The notes: generated by a model not told the origin, from the sequence alone. Numbered from the stretch's first letter, positions 44,381 to 55,716 are shown. The stretch: 64,000 nucleotides of DNA from Actinomycetota bacterium (GCA_016870195.1 VGCC01000007.1:1336-65335), one strand, 5' to 3'. Numbers and translations: made by a program.

Positions 44381-44816
44381 CAGCGACGAGGTCGACCGGC
44401 GCGAGTCGGATCTCGAGACCGCGCCGCCCACCACTTACGTAGATCTGTGCGAATGCGATGGCCGAATCGTCGAGGACGGTTCTCGATTGAGTTTTGTGCC
44501 CGAAGGGACTGATCCCTCCGGCCACGTAACCGGTGAGCCGCTCGGCGGCAGCGACGGGACAGTCATCGACGCGCTTCACATCAAGGGCTCGGGCAAGTGC
44601 CTTGGCGTCGACCATCCCGGTCACCGGGACGATCGCGGCAACCGGGTGACGTGCGTCGAGCAGGAAGATGATGGTCTTGAAGACCTGCGCCGCATCCACG
44701 TCGAGTTTCCGGGCGGCTTCGGTGCCGAAGGACGTCTCGCGCGGATCGTGCTCGTAGGTGTGGAGGTCGAAGGCGATTCCGCGCTGTGTCAGCAGACGTA
44801 TCGCGGGGGTCGACAT
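44331..44816 (-). CDS. ybaK: Cys-tRNA(Pro)/Cys-tRNA(Cys) deacylase YbaK
   Basis: 161 aa. Sequence TPAIRLLTQRGIAFDLHTYEHD, VFKTIIF, GYVAGGISPFG and GGRRGLEI. Confidence 0.85.
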   Translation of the reverse strand: MSTPAIRLLTQRGIAFDLHTYEHDPRETSFGTEAARKLDVDAAQVFKTIIFLLDARHPVAAIVPVTGMVDAKALARALDVKRVDDCPVAAAERLTGYVAGGISPFGHKTQSRTVLDDSAIAFAQIYVSGGRRGLEIRLAPVDLVAVTGALTAQIAQSSARA

Positions 44817-45484
44817 CAGTTGACCGAACCTGCATCCCCAAGGTCCACGGATGGGACCGCGCCGAAGGCGCGTAGGAACGTCGTCTCGCGCGCGAGCAGT
44901 GCGTGTGCGAGCACTAGTCGCTCATCAGTGGTCGGCGCCGACAGAAGTGCATTGCGTTCATCGGGCGGAACGACGAGGGCGGCGGTCACGAGGAAGCTGA
45001 GCACGGTCGGATCATCGGGGATCTCCTGACTCGACTCATCACCCTGACCGACGCGCTCTGCGAGGGTGGTGCGATAGACGGCGAAGGCCTCAGCCACCTC
45101 GCGGGCCAGGATCTGTGCCCGCTCGCTCGGGGAGTCGTCGTTCAGGAACGTGACGTCCGCTCGGATCAGCGGCATCGAGGTGTCCACCTCGTCGATGTGG
45201 AACCTGCGGCGTCCAATGGTGGTGATGTCGAATCGACCGTCCTCGAGGCGCTCCATCGAGCGCACGACCACCTCGACACCCACGGGGTAGAGGGCGTCGA
45301 GTCCCTGCTGCTCGGGGCTGCGGCCTGGCCGGACCGACGTGATGCCGAAGACACGTTCCGCCTCGTCGAGGAGTAGGAGGTCTTCCATCAGGCTGCGGTA
45401 CCGGGGTTCGAAGATGTGGAGTGGCATGACCAACCCCGGGACGAGCACCGTCGTCAGCGGAAACAGGGCCAGGGCGGTGGACAC
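44816..45484 (-). CDS. LON peptidase N-terminal (substrate-binding) domain protein
   Basis: 222 aa. [32 protein letters not shown] is the classic LON-N start. Its stop overlaps the ybaK ATG by 1 nt. Confidence 0.8.
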   Translation of the reverse strand: MSTALALFPLTTVLVPGLVMPLHIFEPRYRSLMEDLLLLDEAERVFGITSVRPGRSPEQQGLDALYPVGVEVVVRSMERLEDGRFDITTIGRRRFHIDEVDTSMPLIRADVTFLNDDSPSERAQILAREVAEAFAVYRTTLAERVGQGDESSQEIPDDPTVLSFLVTAALVVPPDERNALLSAPTTDERLVLAHALLARETTFLRAFGAVPSVDLGDAGSVN

Positions 45485-45490
45485 CTCGTC

Positions 45491-45500
45491 AGCGTAAACT
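45491..45500. promoter_or_regulatory. overlapping back-to-back -10 candidates in the 23-bp LON-N/hisD gap (plus TAAACT 45495-45500; minus TACGCT 45496-45491)
   Basis: TAAACT lies 7 nt from GTG 45508 (hisD). On the minus strand, TACGCT lies 6 nt from GTG 45484. Neither gene has an SD. Confidence 0.35.
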
Positions 45501-45507
45501 CCGCCGA

Positions 45508-46824
45508 GTGATTCGCCGGATGGACCTGCGCGGGCGACCCTTCCGCGCCCAGGATGTGGTTCCCCGGGCTGCCGTCGACGTCGCCGATGCGGCGGAACGG
45601 GTCCAACCGATCATCGACGACGTCCGACACCACGGAGCCGATGCGGTGGCTCGGTGGTCACTGAACCTCGATGGCGTGGTGCCCCCGGAACTCCGGGTGC
45701 CTGCAGGCCGGTTGCGCGCTGCAGCGGACGAGCTCGATCCGGCCGTGCGGGCAGCACTCACTGAGGCGATTCGACGCGCACGCGTGGTGCACGAGGATCA
45801 GCGACCCCCCGACGTCGATACGCAGGTTGTGCCCGGAGGTTCGGTCACCCAGCGGTGGGTCCCAGTCGAGCGCGTCGGTCTCTACGTCCCCGGCGGCCGT
45901 GCGGTGTACCCGAGCAGTGTCGTGATGAACGTTGTACCCGCGCAGGTCGCAGGTGTCGCCTCACTCGTCGTGGTGAGCCCACCGCAGCGTGATCACGGCG
46001 GGTGGCCGCATCCGGTGATCCTCGCAGCGTGCCACCTGCTCGGCGTCGAGGAGGTCTACGCCGTGGGAGGTGCCCAGGCCGTCGCGATGCTCGCGTTCGG
46101 CGTCGATCTGCCCGACGGTGGTCGGTGCGCGCCCGTCGATCTCGTCACGGGCCCGGGGAACATCTTCGTCACGGCTGCGAAGCGCGCATTGCAGGGAGTC
46201 ATCGGCATCGATTCCGAGGCCGGTCCCACCGAGGTCGCCGTGTTGGCCGATGACACCGGTGATGCGCGCTTCATCGCGGCGGACTTAATCAGCCAGGCGG
46301 AACACGATGTCATCGCTGCGGCCGTTCTGGTCACCACCAGTGAGGACCTTGCGGTCGAGGTGAACACGCACCTGGAGCAGCAGGTCTCGTCGACCAAGCA
46401 CTCCGAGCGCATCCGGGAAGCCCTCGGGGGTGAGCAGAGCGCCATCATCCTCGTCGACGATCTCGTCTCGGGTCTCGCGGTGATCGACGCGTATGCGGCC
46501 GAGCACCTGGAGATCCACACCCGCGAGCCCCGTTCCGTGGCCGAGAGGGTGCGTAACGCCGGTGCGATCTTCGTGGGCCCGTGGGCTCCCGTGTCGCTGG
46601 GGGACTACTGCGCCGGAAGTAACCACGTGTTGCCCACGTCCGGGACTGCGCGCCACTCTTCGGGACTCTCCGTTCACACGTTCCTGCGCGGAATCCAGGT
46701 CATTGAGTACTCGGAAGCTGCGCTCGCGGACGTAGGTCCCCACGTCGTGGCCCTTGCGGAAGCGGAGGATCTGCCCGCGCACGGTGAGGCGATCACCATC
46801 CGGACGGGCAGCTCGCGGCCGTGA
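45508..46824 (+). CDS. hisD: histidinol dehydrogenase
   Basis: 438 aa. N terminus IRRMDLRG, plus SQAEHD and [13 protein letters not shown]. Confidence 0.95.
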   Translation: MIRRMDLRGRPFRAQDVVPRAAVDVADAAERVQPIIDDVRHHGADAVARWSLNLDGVVPPELRVPAGRLRAAADELDPAVRAALTEAIRRARVVHEDQRPPDVDTQVVPGGSVTQRWVPVERVGLYVPGGRAVYPSSVVMNVVPAQVAGVASLVVVSPPQRDHGGWPHPVILAACHLLGVEEVYAVGGAQAVAMLAFGVDLPDGGRCAPVDLVTGPGNIFVTAAKRALQGVIGIDSEAGPTEVAVLADDTGDARFIAADLISQAEHDVIAAAVLVTTSEDLAVEVNTHLEQQVSSTKHSERIREALGGEQSAIILVDDLVSGLAVIDAYAAEHLEIHTREPRSVAERVRNAGAIFVGPWAPVSLGDYCAGSNHVLPTSGTARHSSGLSVHTFLRGIQVIEYSEAALADVGPHVVALAEAEDLPAHGEAITIRTGSSRP

Positions 46825-47939
46825 CATCGGACTTCATCCCGCCCGTCCGCCAGGATCTCGTCGGAGTGGCGCCCTACGGCGCACCCCAGGACGAGGGGCT
46901 CGTCTGCCTGAATGTGAACGAGAACCCCTTCCCGTTGCCGTCCGAGGTCGTCGATGCTCTCGCGGACGCCACTCGTCGCGTCGCCCGCGATCTGAACAGG
47001 TATCCCGATCGTGACGCGATCGCGTTGCGGACTCGACTTGCCGGATACCTCGCCACGGAATCGGGGGTCCTCGTCGATCCGACGTGCATGTGGGCCGCCA
47101 ACGGGTCCAACGAGGTGATGCACCACATCCTGTTGGCCTTCGGGGGACCGGGGCGAACAGCTGTGACGTTTCCACCGTCGTATTCGATGTATCCCGAGTA
47201 CGCCCGCGATACCTTCACGCGTCTGATCTCCGTCCCGCGTGCACCCGACTTCCGCATCGACCTGCCACGTGCCGAGCATGAGATCGCCGACCGGCGTCCG
47301 GTCGTCACATTGGTCGCGTCACCAAACAACCCAACGGGCACCGGGATCTCCCTCGACGACCTCGCGTCGCTCGCCCGTGTCTCGAGGGGGGTGAGCGGGA
47401 TCCTCGTGGTCGACGAGGCCTATGCGGAGTTCCGTCACCGGGGGGTGCCCAGTGCCTTGGAACTCCTCGGAGACTTTCCGAACGTCATCGTGACGAGAAC
47501 GATGAGCAAGGCCTTCGGGTTCGCGGGTGCCCGACTCGGCTACGCAGCGGCGGGGCACCCGGGGATCGCCGAGGCCCTGCGGGTCGTCCGGTTGCCCTAC
47601 CACCTGTCGGCCATCACCCAGGCCGTTGCATGTGCCGCGCTGGATCACGCGAGCGTCCTCCAGGCGCAGGTGGATCTCATTCGCTCGGAGCGCGATCGAC
47701 TCGACACCGCCTTGCGCACGGCAGGCTACGACGTCGCGCCCTCGGAGGCGAACTTCCTCATGTTCGGGCGGTTCGCGGACACGGTAGGGGTGTGGCAATC
47801 CATCCGTGACCGGGGGATCCTCATCCGCCAGGTCGGACCCGAGGGCTGGCTGCGCGTCTCCGTCGGGACGCCAGACGAAAACGATAGATTCCTATCGACC
47901 CTGCACGAGGTCGACGAAACGCGAAGAGAGCGATCATGA
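46821..47939 (+). CDS. hisC: histidinol-phosphate aminotransferase
   Basis: 372 aa. Motifs NENPFPLP and [16 protein letters not shown] (PLP lysine); 4-nt overlap with hisD. Confidence 0.95.
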   Translation: MTSDFIPPVRQDLVGVAPYGAPQDEGLVCLNVNENPFPLPSEVVDALADATRRVARDLNRYPDRDAIALRTRLAGYLATESGVLVDPTCMWAANGSNEVMHHILLAFGGPGRTAVTFPPSYSMYPEYARDTFTRLISVPRAPDFRIDLPRAEHEIADRRPVVTLVASPNNPTGTGISLDDLASLARVSRGVSGILVVDEAYAEFRHRGVPSALELLGDFPNVIVTRTMSKAFGFAGARLGYAAAGHPGIAEALRVVRLPYHLSAITQAVACAALDHASVLQAQVDLIRSERDRLDTALRTAGYDVAPSEANFLMFGRFADTVGVWQSIRDRGILIRQVGPEGWLRVSVGTPDENDRFLSTLHEVDETRRERS

Positions 47940-48535
47940 ACCCCAGGACCGCAACGGTCGAGCGATCGACCAAAGAGAGCGAAGTCTTCGTCGAACTGAA
48001 CCTGGACGGAACAGGTGCCTCTCAGATCGAGACGGGAGTCCCGTTCTTCGACCACATGCTCGCGCAGTTGGCCAAGCACGGTGGGCTCGATCTCACTGTG
48101 CGAACTCGGGGCGATCTCGAGGTGGATGCGCACCACACGGTGGAGGACACCGCGCTCGCCCTCGGGCAGGCATTGAACTCGGCGCTCGGGGACCGCAGCG
48201 GTCTCCGCCGATACGGCGATGCCCTGGTTCCCCTCGACGAGTGCCTCGTGCAGTCCGCGGTGGATCTCTCCGGTAGGCCGTACTTGGTCCACGAGGAACC
48301 CGATCTCGTGGAGTTGATCGGCAGCTACGACACAACGCTGACCCGTCACATCTGGGAGTCTCTGGTGGCCACGGCGCAGATCACGTTGCACGTGCGGGTG
48401 ATCTCGGGACGCAATGCGCACCACGTCGTCGAGGCGCAGTTCAAGTCCGTGGCGCGTTCGCTGCGCGACGCCGTCGCGCGCGATCCACGAGTCGTGGGCG
48501 TGCCGTCCACGAAGGGCACGCTGACCGCATCGTGA
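47936..48535 (+). CDS. hisB: imidazoleglycerol-phosphate dehydratase
   Basis: 199 aa. Motifs [14 protein letters not shown] and [13 protein letters not shown]. Confidence 0.95.
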   Translation: MNPRTATVERSTKESEVFVELNLDGTGASQIETGVPFFDHMLAQLAKHGGLDLTVRTRGDLEVDAHHTVEDTALALGQALNSALGDRSGLRRYGDALVPLDECLVQSAVDLSGRPYLVHEEPDLVELIGSYDTTLTRHIWESLVATAQITLHVRVISGRNAHHVVEAQFKSVARSLRDAVARDPRVVGVPSTKGTLTAS

Positions 48536-49179
48536 AGTCCGTAGCGGTTCTGGACTACGGCTCGGGGAATCTTCGCTCGGCGCAACGCTCGTTGGAACGT
48601 GCGGGTGCACAGGTCGAGGTCACCGCGGATCCGGCCAGGGTTCTCGAATGCGACGGGCTTGTGGTGCCCGGCGTCGGCGCGTTCGCGACCTGCATGTCCG
48701 GGCTGCGTGCGGTCGGGGGGGACCGGCTCATCGATCGACGGTTGGCCGGTGGTCGTCCCGTGTTGGGGATCTGCGTCGGGATGCAGATCCTGTTCGAGAC
48801 CGGTGTCGAACACGGGGAGCGCACGGAAGGGCTCGGCCATTTCCCCGGAACAGTCGAGCGGCTCGAGGCGCCGGTCCTCCCGCATATGGGCTGGGACTCC
48901 CTGCGCGTGCCCCGCGAATCCCACCTCCTCGCCGGGATCGGCGAGGAGGTGTTCTATTTCGTCCACAGCTACGGGGTGCGGTCCTGGGCCTGGGTTTCGA
49001 CGGACGCGCACCGGCCAGCACCAGTGGTGAGTTGGTGCGACTACGGCACGCCGTTCATCGCCGCGATCGAGAACGGACCCCTCGTCGGAACGCAGTTCCA
49101 CCCGGAGAAGTCCGCGGACGCGGGGGCCGCTCTGCTCACAACGTGGGTCGGCTCTCTCCCGTCGTCCTCGCTACTGTGA
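48532..49179 (+). CDS. hisH: imidazole glycerol phosphate synthase glutaminase subunit HisH
   Basis: 215 aa. Motifs [24 protein letters not shown] and QFHPEKS. Confidence 0.95.
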   Translation: MKSVAVLDYGSGNLRSAQRSLERAGAQVEVTADPARVLECDGLVVPGVGAFATCMSGLRAVGGDRLIDRRLAGGRPVLGICVGMQILFETGVEHGERTEGLGHFPGTVERLEAPVLPHMGWDSLRVPRESHLLAGIGEEVFYFVHSYGVRSWAWVSTDAHRPAPVVSWCDYGTPFIAAIENGPLVGTQFHPEKSADAGAALLTTWVGSLPSSSLL

Positions 49180-49183
49180 GCAG

Positions 49184-49945
49184 GTGCAACCACTCACCCT
49201 CCTTCCCGCAGTCGACGTCGCCCAGGGAACCGCAGTGCGGTTGGTTCAGGGCGCCGCAGGCACCGAGACCGCATACGGATCCCCGGCGGATGCTGCGGAA
49301 CAGTGGGTCGAGCAGGGTGCGACGTGGCTGCACCTCGTCGACCTCGACGCTGCTTTCGGTCGCGGTTCGAACGCGGACCTGATCGCCTCGGTGGTGAAGC
49401 ACCTGCGCGACCGGGTGCACGTGGAGTTGTCCGGGGGCATCCGTGATGACGACTCGCTGCGGTGGGCCCTCGGCACTGGTTGCACCCGGGTCAACCTGGG
49501 AACCGCTGCGCTGGAAGATCCCGACTGGACCGCGAAAGTGATCGCCGAACACGGTGACCGCATCGCCGTTGGGCTCGATGTTCGTGGCCACACACTCGCG
49601 GCACGCGGATGGACGCAGGAGGGCGGCGACCTCTGGGAGACTCTCGGTCGACTCGATGCTGCCGGCTGTGCCCGGTATGTCGTAACGGACGTGGCCAAGG
49701 ATGGGACCATGAAGGGTCCCAACTTCCATCTGCTCCGCGATGTCTGCTCGGCGACCGATCGACCCATCGTGGCATCCGGTGGGATCTCGCACCTCGAGGA
49801 TCTTCACAAGCTTGCCGATATGTCGGGGATTGAGGGGGCGATCATCGGTCGCGCCCTCTACGACGGTGCCTTCACCCTCGCGGAAGCCTTCGCCGCCCTC
49901 GAAGCGCGATACGACCCCTACGAATGGGGACCCCCGCGCCCATGA
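49184..49945 (+). CDS. priA: HisA-type (beta/alpha)8 isomerase, probably bifunctional PriA (HisA/TrpF)
   Basis: 253 aa. Motifs [25 protein letters not shown] and ASGGIS. The PriA call is an inference: no trpF is in the adjacent trp cluster, as in other Actinobacteria. Confidence 0.85.
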   Translation: MQPLTLLPAVDVAQGTAVRLVQGAAGTETAYGSPADAAEQWVEQGATWLHLVDLDAAFGRGSNADLIASVVKHLRDRVHVELSGGIRDDDSLRWALGTGCTRVNLGTAALEDPDWTAKVIAEHGDRIAVGLDVRGHTLAARGWTQEGGDLWETLGRLDAAGCARYVVTDVAKDGTMKGPNFHLLRDVCSATDRPIVASGGISHLEDLHKLADMSGIEGAIIGRALYDGAFTLAEAFAALEARYDPYEWGPPRP

Positions 49946-50712
49946 CGCTCGCAGTGCGCGTGATCCCTTGTCTCGATGTCGATGGGGGCCGTGTGGTCAA
50001 GGGCGTCAACTTCGTCAACCTCGCCGATGCGGGTGACCCGGTCGAACTCGCCGCTGCATATGACGCTGCCGGTGCCGATGAACTTGTCTTCCTGGACATC
50101 ACCGCGTCGAGTAGCGGTCGCGCGACGATGCTCGAAGTCGTGCGCCGCACGGCGGACTCGGTCTTCATTCCGGTAACGGTCGGCGGCGGTGTCCGCTCAC
50201 CCGATGACTTCGACGTTCTGCTCCGCGCCGGGGCGGACAAGGTGGGCCTCAACACGGCCGCGGTCGAAGACCCGCAGCTAGTCGAACTCGCCGCACAGCG
50301 ATTCGGCTCACAATGCGTCGTGCTCTCCCTCGATGTCCAGCGCAGTCAGGGAACGGCGAGTGGGTTCGAGGTGACGACGCATGGGGGGCGGCGGGGGACC
50401 GGCATCGACGCACTCAGGTGGGCGCGGGAGGGAGCAGAACGCGGAGCCGGCGAGATCCTGCTCAATTCGATGGATGCCGACGGCACGCGGACTGGATTCG
50501 ATCTCGAGTTGATCGCTGCCGTTCGCGAGGTGGTCTCGGTCCCGATCATCGCCAGTGGTGGAGCGGGACGTCCGGATGACTTCCCTCCCGCAGTGGCCGC
50601 AGGAGCGGACGCCGTGCTCGCGGCAAGCATCTTCCACTTTGGCGCGGTCTCGATCGCAGAGGTCAAGGAAGCACTCTCGGCGGCGGGCTATCCGGTGCGC
50701 GGCAGGATGTGA
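49942..50712 (+). CDS. hisF: imidazole glycerol phosphate synthase cyclase subunit HisF
   Basis: ATG 49942 overlaps the hisA stop. Motifs [24 protein letters not shown] and ASGGAG. Confidence 0.95.
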   Translation: MTLAVRVIPCLDVDGGRVVKGVNFVNLADAGDPVELAAAYDAAGADELVFLDITASSSGRATMLEVVRRTADSVFIPVTVGGGVRSPDDFDVLLRAGADKVGLNTAAVEDPQLVELAAQRFGSQCVVLSLDVQRSQGTASGFEVTTHGGRRGTGIDALRWAREGAERGAGEILLNSMDADGTRTGFDLELIAAVREVVSVPIIASGGAGRPDDFPPAVAAGADAVLAASIFHFGAVSIAEVKEALSAAGYPVRGRM

Positions 50713-51050
50713 CCATGGCACGGGCGGAGGACCTCGGGGTCCGCTTCGACGCTGCGGGTCTGGTGCCGGTCATCGCCCAGCAGTGGGACTCCGGTGAGGT
50801 GCTGATGCTGGCATGGATGGATGCGGCAGCACTCGATCGAACCCTCGCCACCGGCGAAGCCACGTACTACTCCCGTAGTCGCCAGCAGCAGTGGATAAAA
50901 GGGGAGACGTCGGGGCACACCCAGCGGGTGCGCGAAGTCCGGGTCGACTGCGACGGCGACACCATCCTGCTTCTCGTCGAGCAATCGGGACCGGCGTGCC
51001 ACAACGGAACCCGTAGTTGTTTCGAGACGTCGCGCACGGAGATCGGGTGA
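50709..51050 (+). CDS. hisI: phosphoribosyl-AMP cyclohydrolase
   Basis: 113 aa. Sequence [29 protein letters not shown] and [26 protein letters not shown]. Confidence 0.95.
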   Translation: MTMARAEDLGVRFDAAGLVPVIAQQWDSGEVLMLAWMDAAALDRTLATGEATYYSRSRQQQWIKGETSGHTQRVREVRVDCDGDTILLLVEQSGPACHNGTRSCFETSRTEIG

Positions 51051-52600
51051 GTCGTCCGCTCGGTGCGACGGCTCCAGAGCTCGCGGATTTCTGCCTGCTC
51101 GCACGTGACCGCCGAGTGATCCCGATCGTGCGGACGCTGCTCGCCGACGGCGTCACGCCCGTTGCACTCTTCGAAGCGCTCTGCGGTGATCGCGCGGGCA
51201 CATTCCTGTTCGAGTCGGCTGAGAAGGGTCGCTCGTGGTCTCGCTACTCGTTCGTGGGCGTCCACTGCGCGGCGATGCTGACCGAAGCGGGCGGCATCGC
51301 ACACTGGGCGGGCCGCGTCCCCGTCGGCCTCCCGCTCGAGGGCGCGCCCGATCACGTCCTCCGCGCAACCGTGGAGGCCCTGCACACCCCGCATCTCGAC
51401 GGACTGCCGCCGTTCACGGGTGGCATGGTCGGCTACCTCACGTACGACATCATCCGACGGTGGGAGTCGGTGCCGGATGACTGTGCCGACGACCTCGCGC
51501 TTCCGGAGCTGGGGTTTCTCCTCGCGACGGATCTCGCTGTTCTCGACCACTGGAGTGGAACCGTCACTCTTATCGCCAACGCGATCAACTTTGACGCACG
51601 CGACGAGCGCGTGGAGGCGGCCTGGGCGGATGCGGTGCGACGTCTCGATGACATGCAAGCCCGGTTGACATCAGCGGCGAGCGGATCGGTGGCCACCTGG
51701 TCGGAAATCGACGAGGCGGCGCCCGAGTCCACGTTCACGCGCGAGGACTACTGCGCTGCCGTCGGGCGGATCCAGGAGCACATCCGGGGAGGAGACGCCT
51801 TCCAGGTGGTGCTCTCCCAGAGATTCACCGTCCCTTACTCGGGGCGTGCCGTTGATGTGTACCGGGTTCTGCGATCGACGAACCCCAGCCCCTACATGTA
51901 CCTCGTGCGTGTTCCGGTGGCTGCCGATGACCTCACGGAGGAGGTGCACTTCGACATCGTGGGTTCATCGCCGGAGGCCCTGGTAACGGTGACCGATGGC
52001 GAATGCGTGGTCCATCCGATCGCGGGCACCCGACCGCGCGCCACGACTGCCGACGAGGATGCCGCGCGAGCCGTGGACTTACTGCACGACACGAAGGAAC
52101 GGGCGGAACATGTGATGCTCGTGGACCTGGCACGCAACGACCTCGGTCGGGTCTGCGAACCAGGTTCCGTTCACGTCACGGAGTTCATGGCAGTTGAGCG
52201 CTACTCCCACGTGATGCACCTGGTATCGACTGTCGTCGGAACTCTCGAACGCACGTCGTCCGCTTTCGACGCCTTGATAGCCGCATTCCCTGCGGGCACC
52301 TTGAGTGGGGCACCCAAGCCGCGCGCGATGACGATCATCGACGAATGCGAGCCCACGCGTCGGAGTGTCTACGGTGGATGTGTCGGCTACATCGACTTCG
52401 CGGGGAACATGGACATGGCGATTGCTATCCGCACCGCAGTGATTAAGGATGGCCGCGCGCATGTTCAGGCGGGTGCCGGCGTAGTCGCTGACTCCCTGCC
52501 GGACTCCGAATTCGATGAATGCGTTGCGAAGGCCCGGGCCGTCCTGCGGGCAGTACGGACCGCCGCCACACTGCACGATGTGGGGCGCTCGAATGGCTAG
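51047..52600 (+). CDS. trpE: anthranilate synthase component I
   Basis: GTG 51047 overlaps the hisI stop (GTGA). Motifs [29 protein letters not shown] and YGGCVGY. Confidence 0.95.
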   Translation: MSRPLGATAPELADFCLLARDRRVIPIVRTLLADGVTPVALFEALCGDRAGTFLFESAEKGRSWSRYSFVGVHCAAMLTEAGGIAHWAGRVPVGLPLEGAPDHVLRATVEALHTPHLDGLPPFTGGMVGYLTYDIIRRWESVPDDCADDLALPELGFLLATDLAVLDHWSGTVTLIANAINFDARDERVEAAWADAVRRLDDMQARLTSAASGSVATWSEIDEAAPESTFTREDYCAAVGRIQEHIRGGDAFQVVLSQRFTVPYSGRAVDVYRVLRSTNPSPYMYLVRVPVAADDLTEEVHFDIVGSSPEALVTVTDGECVVHPIAGTRPRATTADEDAARAVDLLHDTKERAEHVMLVDLARNDLGRVCEPGSVHVTEFMAVERYSHVMHLVSTVVGTLERTSSAFDALIAAFPAGTLSGAPKPRAMTIIDECEPTRRSVYGGCVGYIDFAGNMDMAIAIRTAVIKDGRAHVQAGAGVVADSLPDSEFDECVAKARAVLRAVRTAATLHDVGRSNG

Positions 52601-52973
52601 CGGCCGCACGTATCTCCTCGTCATGCTCGTGCAGGCAATTGCCGGCATCGGGTGCGTTGCATGGGGCACGGGCGCGGTCACCGGACTGGGATGGCTCGCT
52701 CTGGCAGCAGTGGCGGGCGTGGTGGCGACGCGCACCTGGGGACGTCGGGTCGTGGGCGCGGTCGTCGCGGTGGCGGGCGTCCTCGCCATCATCGGATCGG
52801 GGCTGCAGCCGATCACGCTCGCTGCGCTGGGGTGTGTGCTGACCGGGGTCCTTACGGTCATCCTCGGCCCCGGCTGGCCCACGATGGGGGGCAGGTACGA
52901 GCGCGCCTCCTCCGACAGGTCCGTGTGGCAGGCACTCGATGCCGGCGAGGATCCGACCCTGCGCGATGGTTGA
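52593..52973 (+). CDS. Trp-operon-associated membrane protein (actinobacterial TIGR02234-like)
   Basis: ATG 52593 overlaps the trpE end by 8 nt. Four hydrophobic segments and C-terminal SVWQALDAGEDPT, the conserved position after trpE. Confidence 0.65.
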   Translation: MASGRTYLLVMLVQAIAGIGCVAWGTGAVTGLGWLALAAVAGVVATRTWGRRVVGAVVAVAGVLAIIGSGLQPITLAALGCVLTGVLTVILGPGWPTMGGRYERASSDRSVWQALDAGEDPTLRDG

Positions 52974-52981
52974 ATGAAGGC

Positions 52982-53185
52982 ATGAGTTCCGATAGCCACG
53001 GGTCGAGCCCCGCTGCGTGGACCGCAGTCGTCATCATCACTCTCGCGTTCGCGCTAGGAACGCTCGCCCTGGTCCTCGGTAACTGGCCGATGTTCTGGGT
53101 CGGCGCCGCGCTGGTGGTCATCGGGGGTGTTGCCGGCAAGGTAATGCAGAAGATGGGCCTGGGCGCGAGGCAGTCGGCGTCGTAG
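52982..53185 (+). CDS. HGxxPAAW-motif small membrane protein
   Basis: 67 aa. SHGSSPAAWTAVVII is followed by two TM helices. Confidence 0.6.
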   Translation: MSSDSHGSSPAAWTAVVIITLAFALGTLALVLGNWPMFWVGAALVVIGGVAGKVMQKMGLGARQSAS

Positions 53186-53267
53186 CCGAACCTGACGCGT
53201 ACCGTCCTCTGACGTTCGCCGTATGCCGGCGGTCCCGCCAGCGGGGTACCTCTGGGACGCTACTGCC

Positions 53268-53948
53268 ATGACCGAGAAGGGGCTGGTCCTCGTCGTCGAG
53301 GACGAGCGGGCGATCTCCGACCTGCTCCGCCTCTACCTCGCGCGCGAAGGTTTCGGAGTCCACATCGAGAACACGGGCCCGGGTGGGCTGAGTGCCGCCC
53401 GCACCTTGAGTCCCACGGTGATGATTGTCGACGTCGGACTTCCCGGGTTGGATGGCACGGAGATCTGTCGTGCCCTGCGCGCGGAAGGCAACTGGGTGCC
53501 GCTGCTCTTCTGCACCGCGCGCGATGAAGAGGTGGACCGCATCCTCGGCCTCGAGCTGGGTGCCGATGACTACATCACGAAACCCTTCAGTCCGCGTGAG
53601 GTTGTCGCCCGGGTCAAAGCGCTCACGCGTCGGGTCGCCCACACCGCATCTCCCGGGGACACGTATCGGGTGGGGGAGGTCGCGGTCGACGCGACAGCAC
53701 GCCGGGTGCATGTCCGCGGTGTGGAGGTGGTGCTGACGGCAACGGAGTTCGACCTCCTGGCCCATCTCATGGCATCCCCGGGACGCGTTTTCACCCGCGA
53801 GCAACTTCTCTCCGACGTGTGGGGCTACGCCGCGATCGTAGGAACGCGGACCGTGGACGTGCATGTCGCGCAACTACGCTCGAAGCTCGGCGATGACAGT
53901 CCCATCCGCACGGTGCGCGGCGTCGGATATTCCGCGGAGGAGCCGTGA
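53268..53948 (+). CDS. OmpR/PhoB-family response regulator
   Basis: Receiver domain (LVVEDE..., MIVDVGLPGLDG, KPF) plus winged helix (VDVHVAQLRSKLG...IRTVRGVGY). ATG 53268 is chosen; ATG 53223 is possible. Confidence 0.85.
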   Translation: MTEKGLVLVVEDERAISDLLRLYLAREGFGVHIENTGPGGLSAARTLSPTVMIVDVGLPGLDGTEICRALRAEGNWVPLLFCTARDEEVDRILGLELGADDYITKPFSPREVVARVKALTRRVAHTASPGDTYRVGEVAVDATARRVHVRGVEVVLTATEFDLLAHLMASPGRVFTREQLLSDVWGYAAIVGTRTVDVHVAQLRSKLGDDSPIRTVRGVGYSAEEP

Positions 53949-55312
53949 AACTCAGGCGTGTGGGGATCGTCGCCCAAACGGTCTCCCTCGCCATCGCCAT
54001 CGCGGTGATCACCGCACTCGTTGCCGCGGGCGTGGCGCTTCCCCTGCTCCGAAGTGCGTCGATCGACCAGGGTCAGCAGACCCTCGGTCGACTTGCCGAC
54101 CTCACATCCCGTGCCATCGAGCGTCGGGATGTCGGTCTTCCCGGAGGTAGGCCCTTGCCTCGCCAACTCTCGCGGGCCCTCGAGGCCAGCAATGTCACGG
54201 GATACCTCGTTTCCCCGCTGGGGGGCGAGGTTCCCGGACTCAGCCCCGAGGAAGTGCAGGGACTCCTCACCGGCGAACGCATCAGCGGCCAGGTGGACAC
54301 CGATGCCGGAACGATCCTGATCGAGGGACGTCCGCTGAGTTCCGGGGGTGCAGTCGTCTTGCAGCAGGGGATCGCAGATGCAGGCTCGTCCGCCGGGCAA
54401 TTCCTGACGAGATTCCTCATCGCGCTCGTCATCGGCTTGCTGATCGCGTCGGTCATCGGGTACGTAGCGGCTCGCCGGCTGACACGTCCGTTGCGGGCAG
54501 CCCGGGACGCCGCCGACAGCATCGCCGAAGGCTCCCGTGATGTTGTGGTCGAGCCGAGGGGACCCCGCGAGGTCGCCGACATCGCCGACGCCATCAACGC
54601 GGTCAACGCAGCGCTCGTGGTCTCCGAAGGACGCCAACGAGACTTCCTGCTTTCGGTCTCACACGAATTGCGCACGCCTTTGACCACGGTCAAGGGCTAC
54701 GCCGAGGCACTGGCAGACGGAGTGGTACCTGGCACGGACATCGCCCGCACGGGAGAGGTCATGAGTGTCGAAGCAACTCGCCTGGACCGTCTCGTCGCCG
54801 ATCTTCTCGACCTGGCCCGTCTCGGGGCCGTGGATTTCCGAATCGACGTCGTCGAGACGAGTGTGCACGAGTTGCTTACTGAGGCCTCGCGCGTCTGGAC
54901 CGATCGTTGTGCCCGCGAGGGAGTCACTCTCCACGTGGACGTCCCCTCGCAGGTCACACCATGGCGGACGGATCCGGTGCGCGTCCGCCAGATCATCGAC
55001 AACTTGATGGAGAACGCGCTGCGCATGACGCCGACAGGTACGAGCATGTGGCTCATCGGTCGGGACTCGAATCCGATTGCGATCACAGTGCGCGATAGTG
55101 GTCCCGGTCTCACTGATCGCGATATCGCCGAGGCATTCCAACCTGGGGTGCTCTACGAGCGGTACCTCGGCCAGCGACCCGTGGGAACGGGTATCGGGCT
55201 CGCCCTCGTCGGCCGACTCGCACGCGGACTTGGGGGAGAGGCGTCCGCCGCGTCTGCCTCCGGTTCCGGTGCGTCCTTCACGGTGACGCTGCCGCGGGGT
55301 GTGGCCTCGTGA
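53945..55312 (+). CDS. sensor histidine kinase (2 TM, extracytoplasmic loop, HAMP, HisKA, HATPase_c)
   Basis: 455 aa. H-box SVSHELRTPLTTVKGY, N-box DNLMENALR, G1 RDSGPGL and G2 GTGIGLALV. GTGA overlap with the regulator. Confidence 0.85.
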   Translation: MKLRRVGIVAQTVSLAIAIAVITALVAAGVALPLLRSASIDQGQQTLGRLADLTSRAIERRDVGLPGGRPLPRQLSRALEASNVTGYLVSPLGGEVPGLSPEEVQGLLTGERISGQVDTDAGTILIEGRPLSSGGAVVLQQGIADAGSSAGQFLTRFLIALVIGLLIASVIGYVAARRLTRPLRAARDAADSIAEGSRDVVVEPRGPREVADIADAINAVNAALVVSEGRQRDFLLSVSHELRTPLTTVKGYAEALADGVVPGTDIARTGEVMSVEATRLDRLVADLLDLARLGAVDFRIDVVETSVHELLTEASRVWTDRCAREGVTLHVDVPSQVTPWRTDPVRVRQIIDNLMENALRMTPTGTSMWLIGRDSNPIAITVRDSGPGLTDRDIAEAFQPGVLYERYLGQRPVGTGIGLALVGRLARGLGGEASAASASGSGASFTVTLPRGVAS

Positions 55313-55716
55313 ATCCCCACGGCCGTCGTTGGACTCCCGTCGTGGCCGCGGGTTCGCTCGCGCTCACGGCTCTGGTGACGGTCGGGTTTCAAGACCCCGA
55401 GAACGGGGGCATCTACCCTCCGTGCCTCAGTGCAGCGCTGGGAATCGCGTGTCCTCTGTGCGGTGGTCTACGCGGAACACATGACCTGCTCCAGGGCGAT
55501 GTTGCGTCGATGCTGGATCACAACGCACTCATCCCGCTCTACCTCGCGGTGCTCACCGCGCTGTTCATTGGCTGGGTGTGGTCGCGTGTTCAACCGATCG
55601 GCCCGAGAGCAGTGCGAACGGTGCAGATTCTGGCAATCGCAGTCGTCGTGATCAGTGTCGGATTCGGTGTTCTTCGAAACTTCATCCCGTACCTAGCCCC
55701 TGCTGCGGGTGCGTAG
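55309..55716 (+). CDS. DUF2752-like four-Cys membrane protein
   Basis: 135 aa. Sequence [30 protein letters not shown] overlap with the kinase stop. Confidence 0.65.
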   Translation: MNPHGRRWTPVVAAGSLALTALVTVGFQDPENGGIYPPCLSAALGIACPLCGGLRGTHDLLQGDVASMLDHNALIPLYLAVLTALFIGWVWSRVQPIGPRAVRTVQILAIAVVVISVGFGVLRNFIPYLAPAAGA

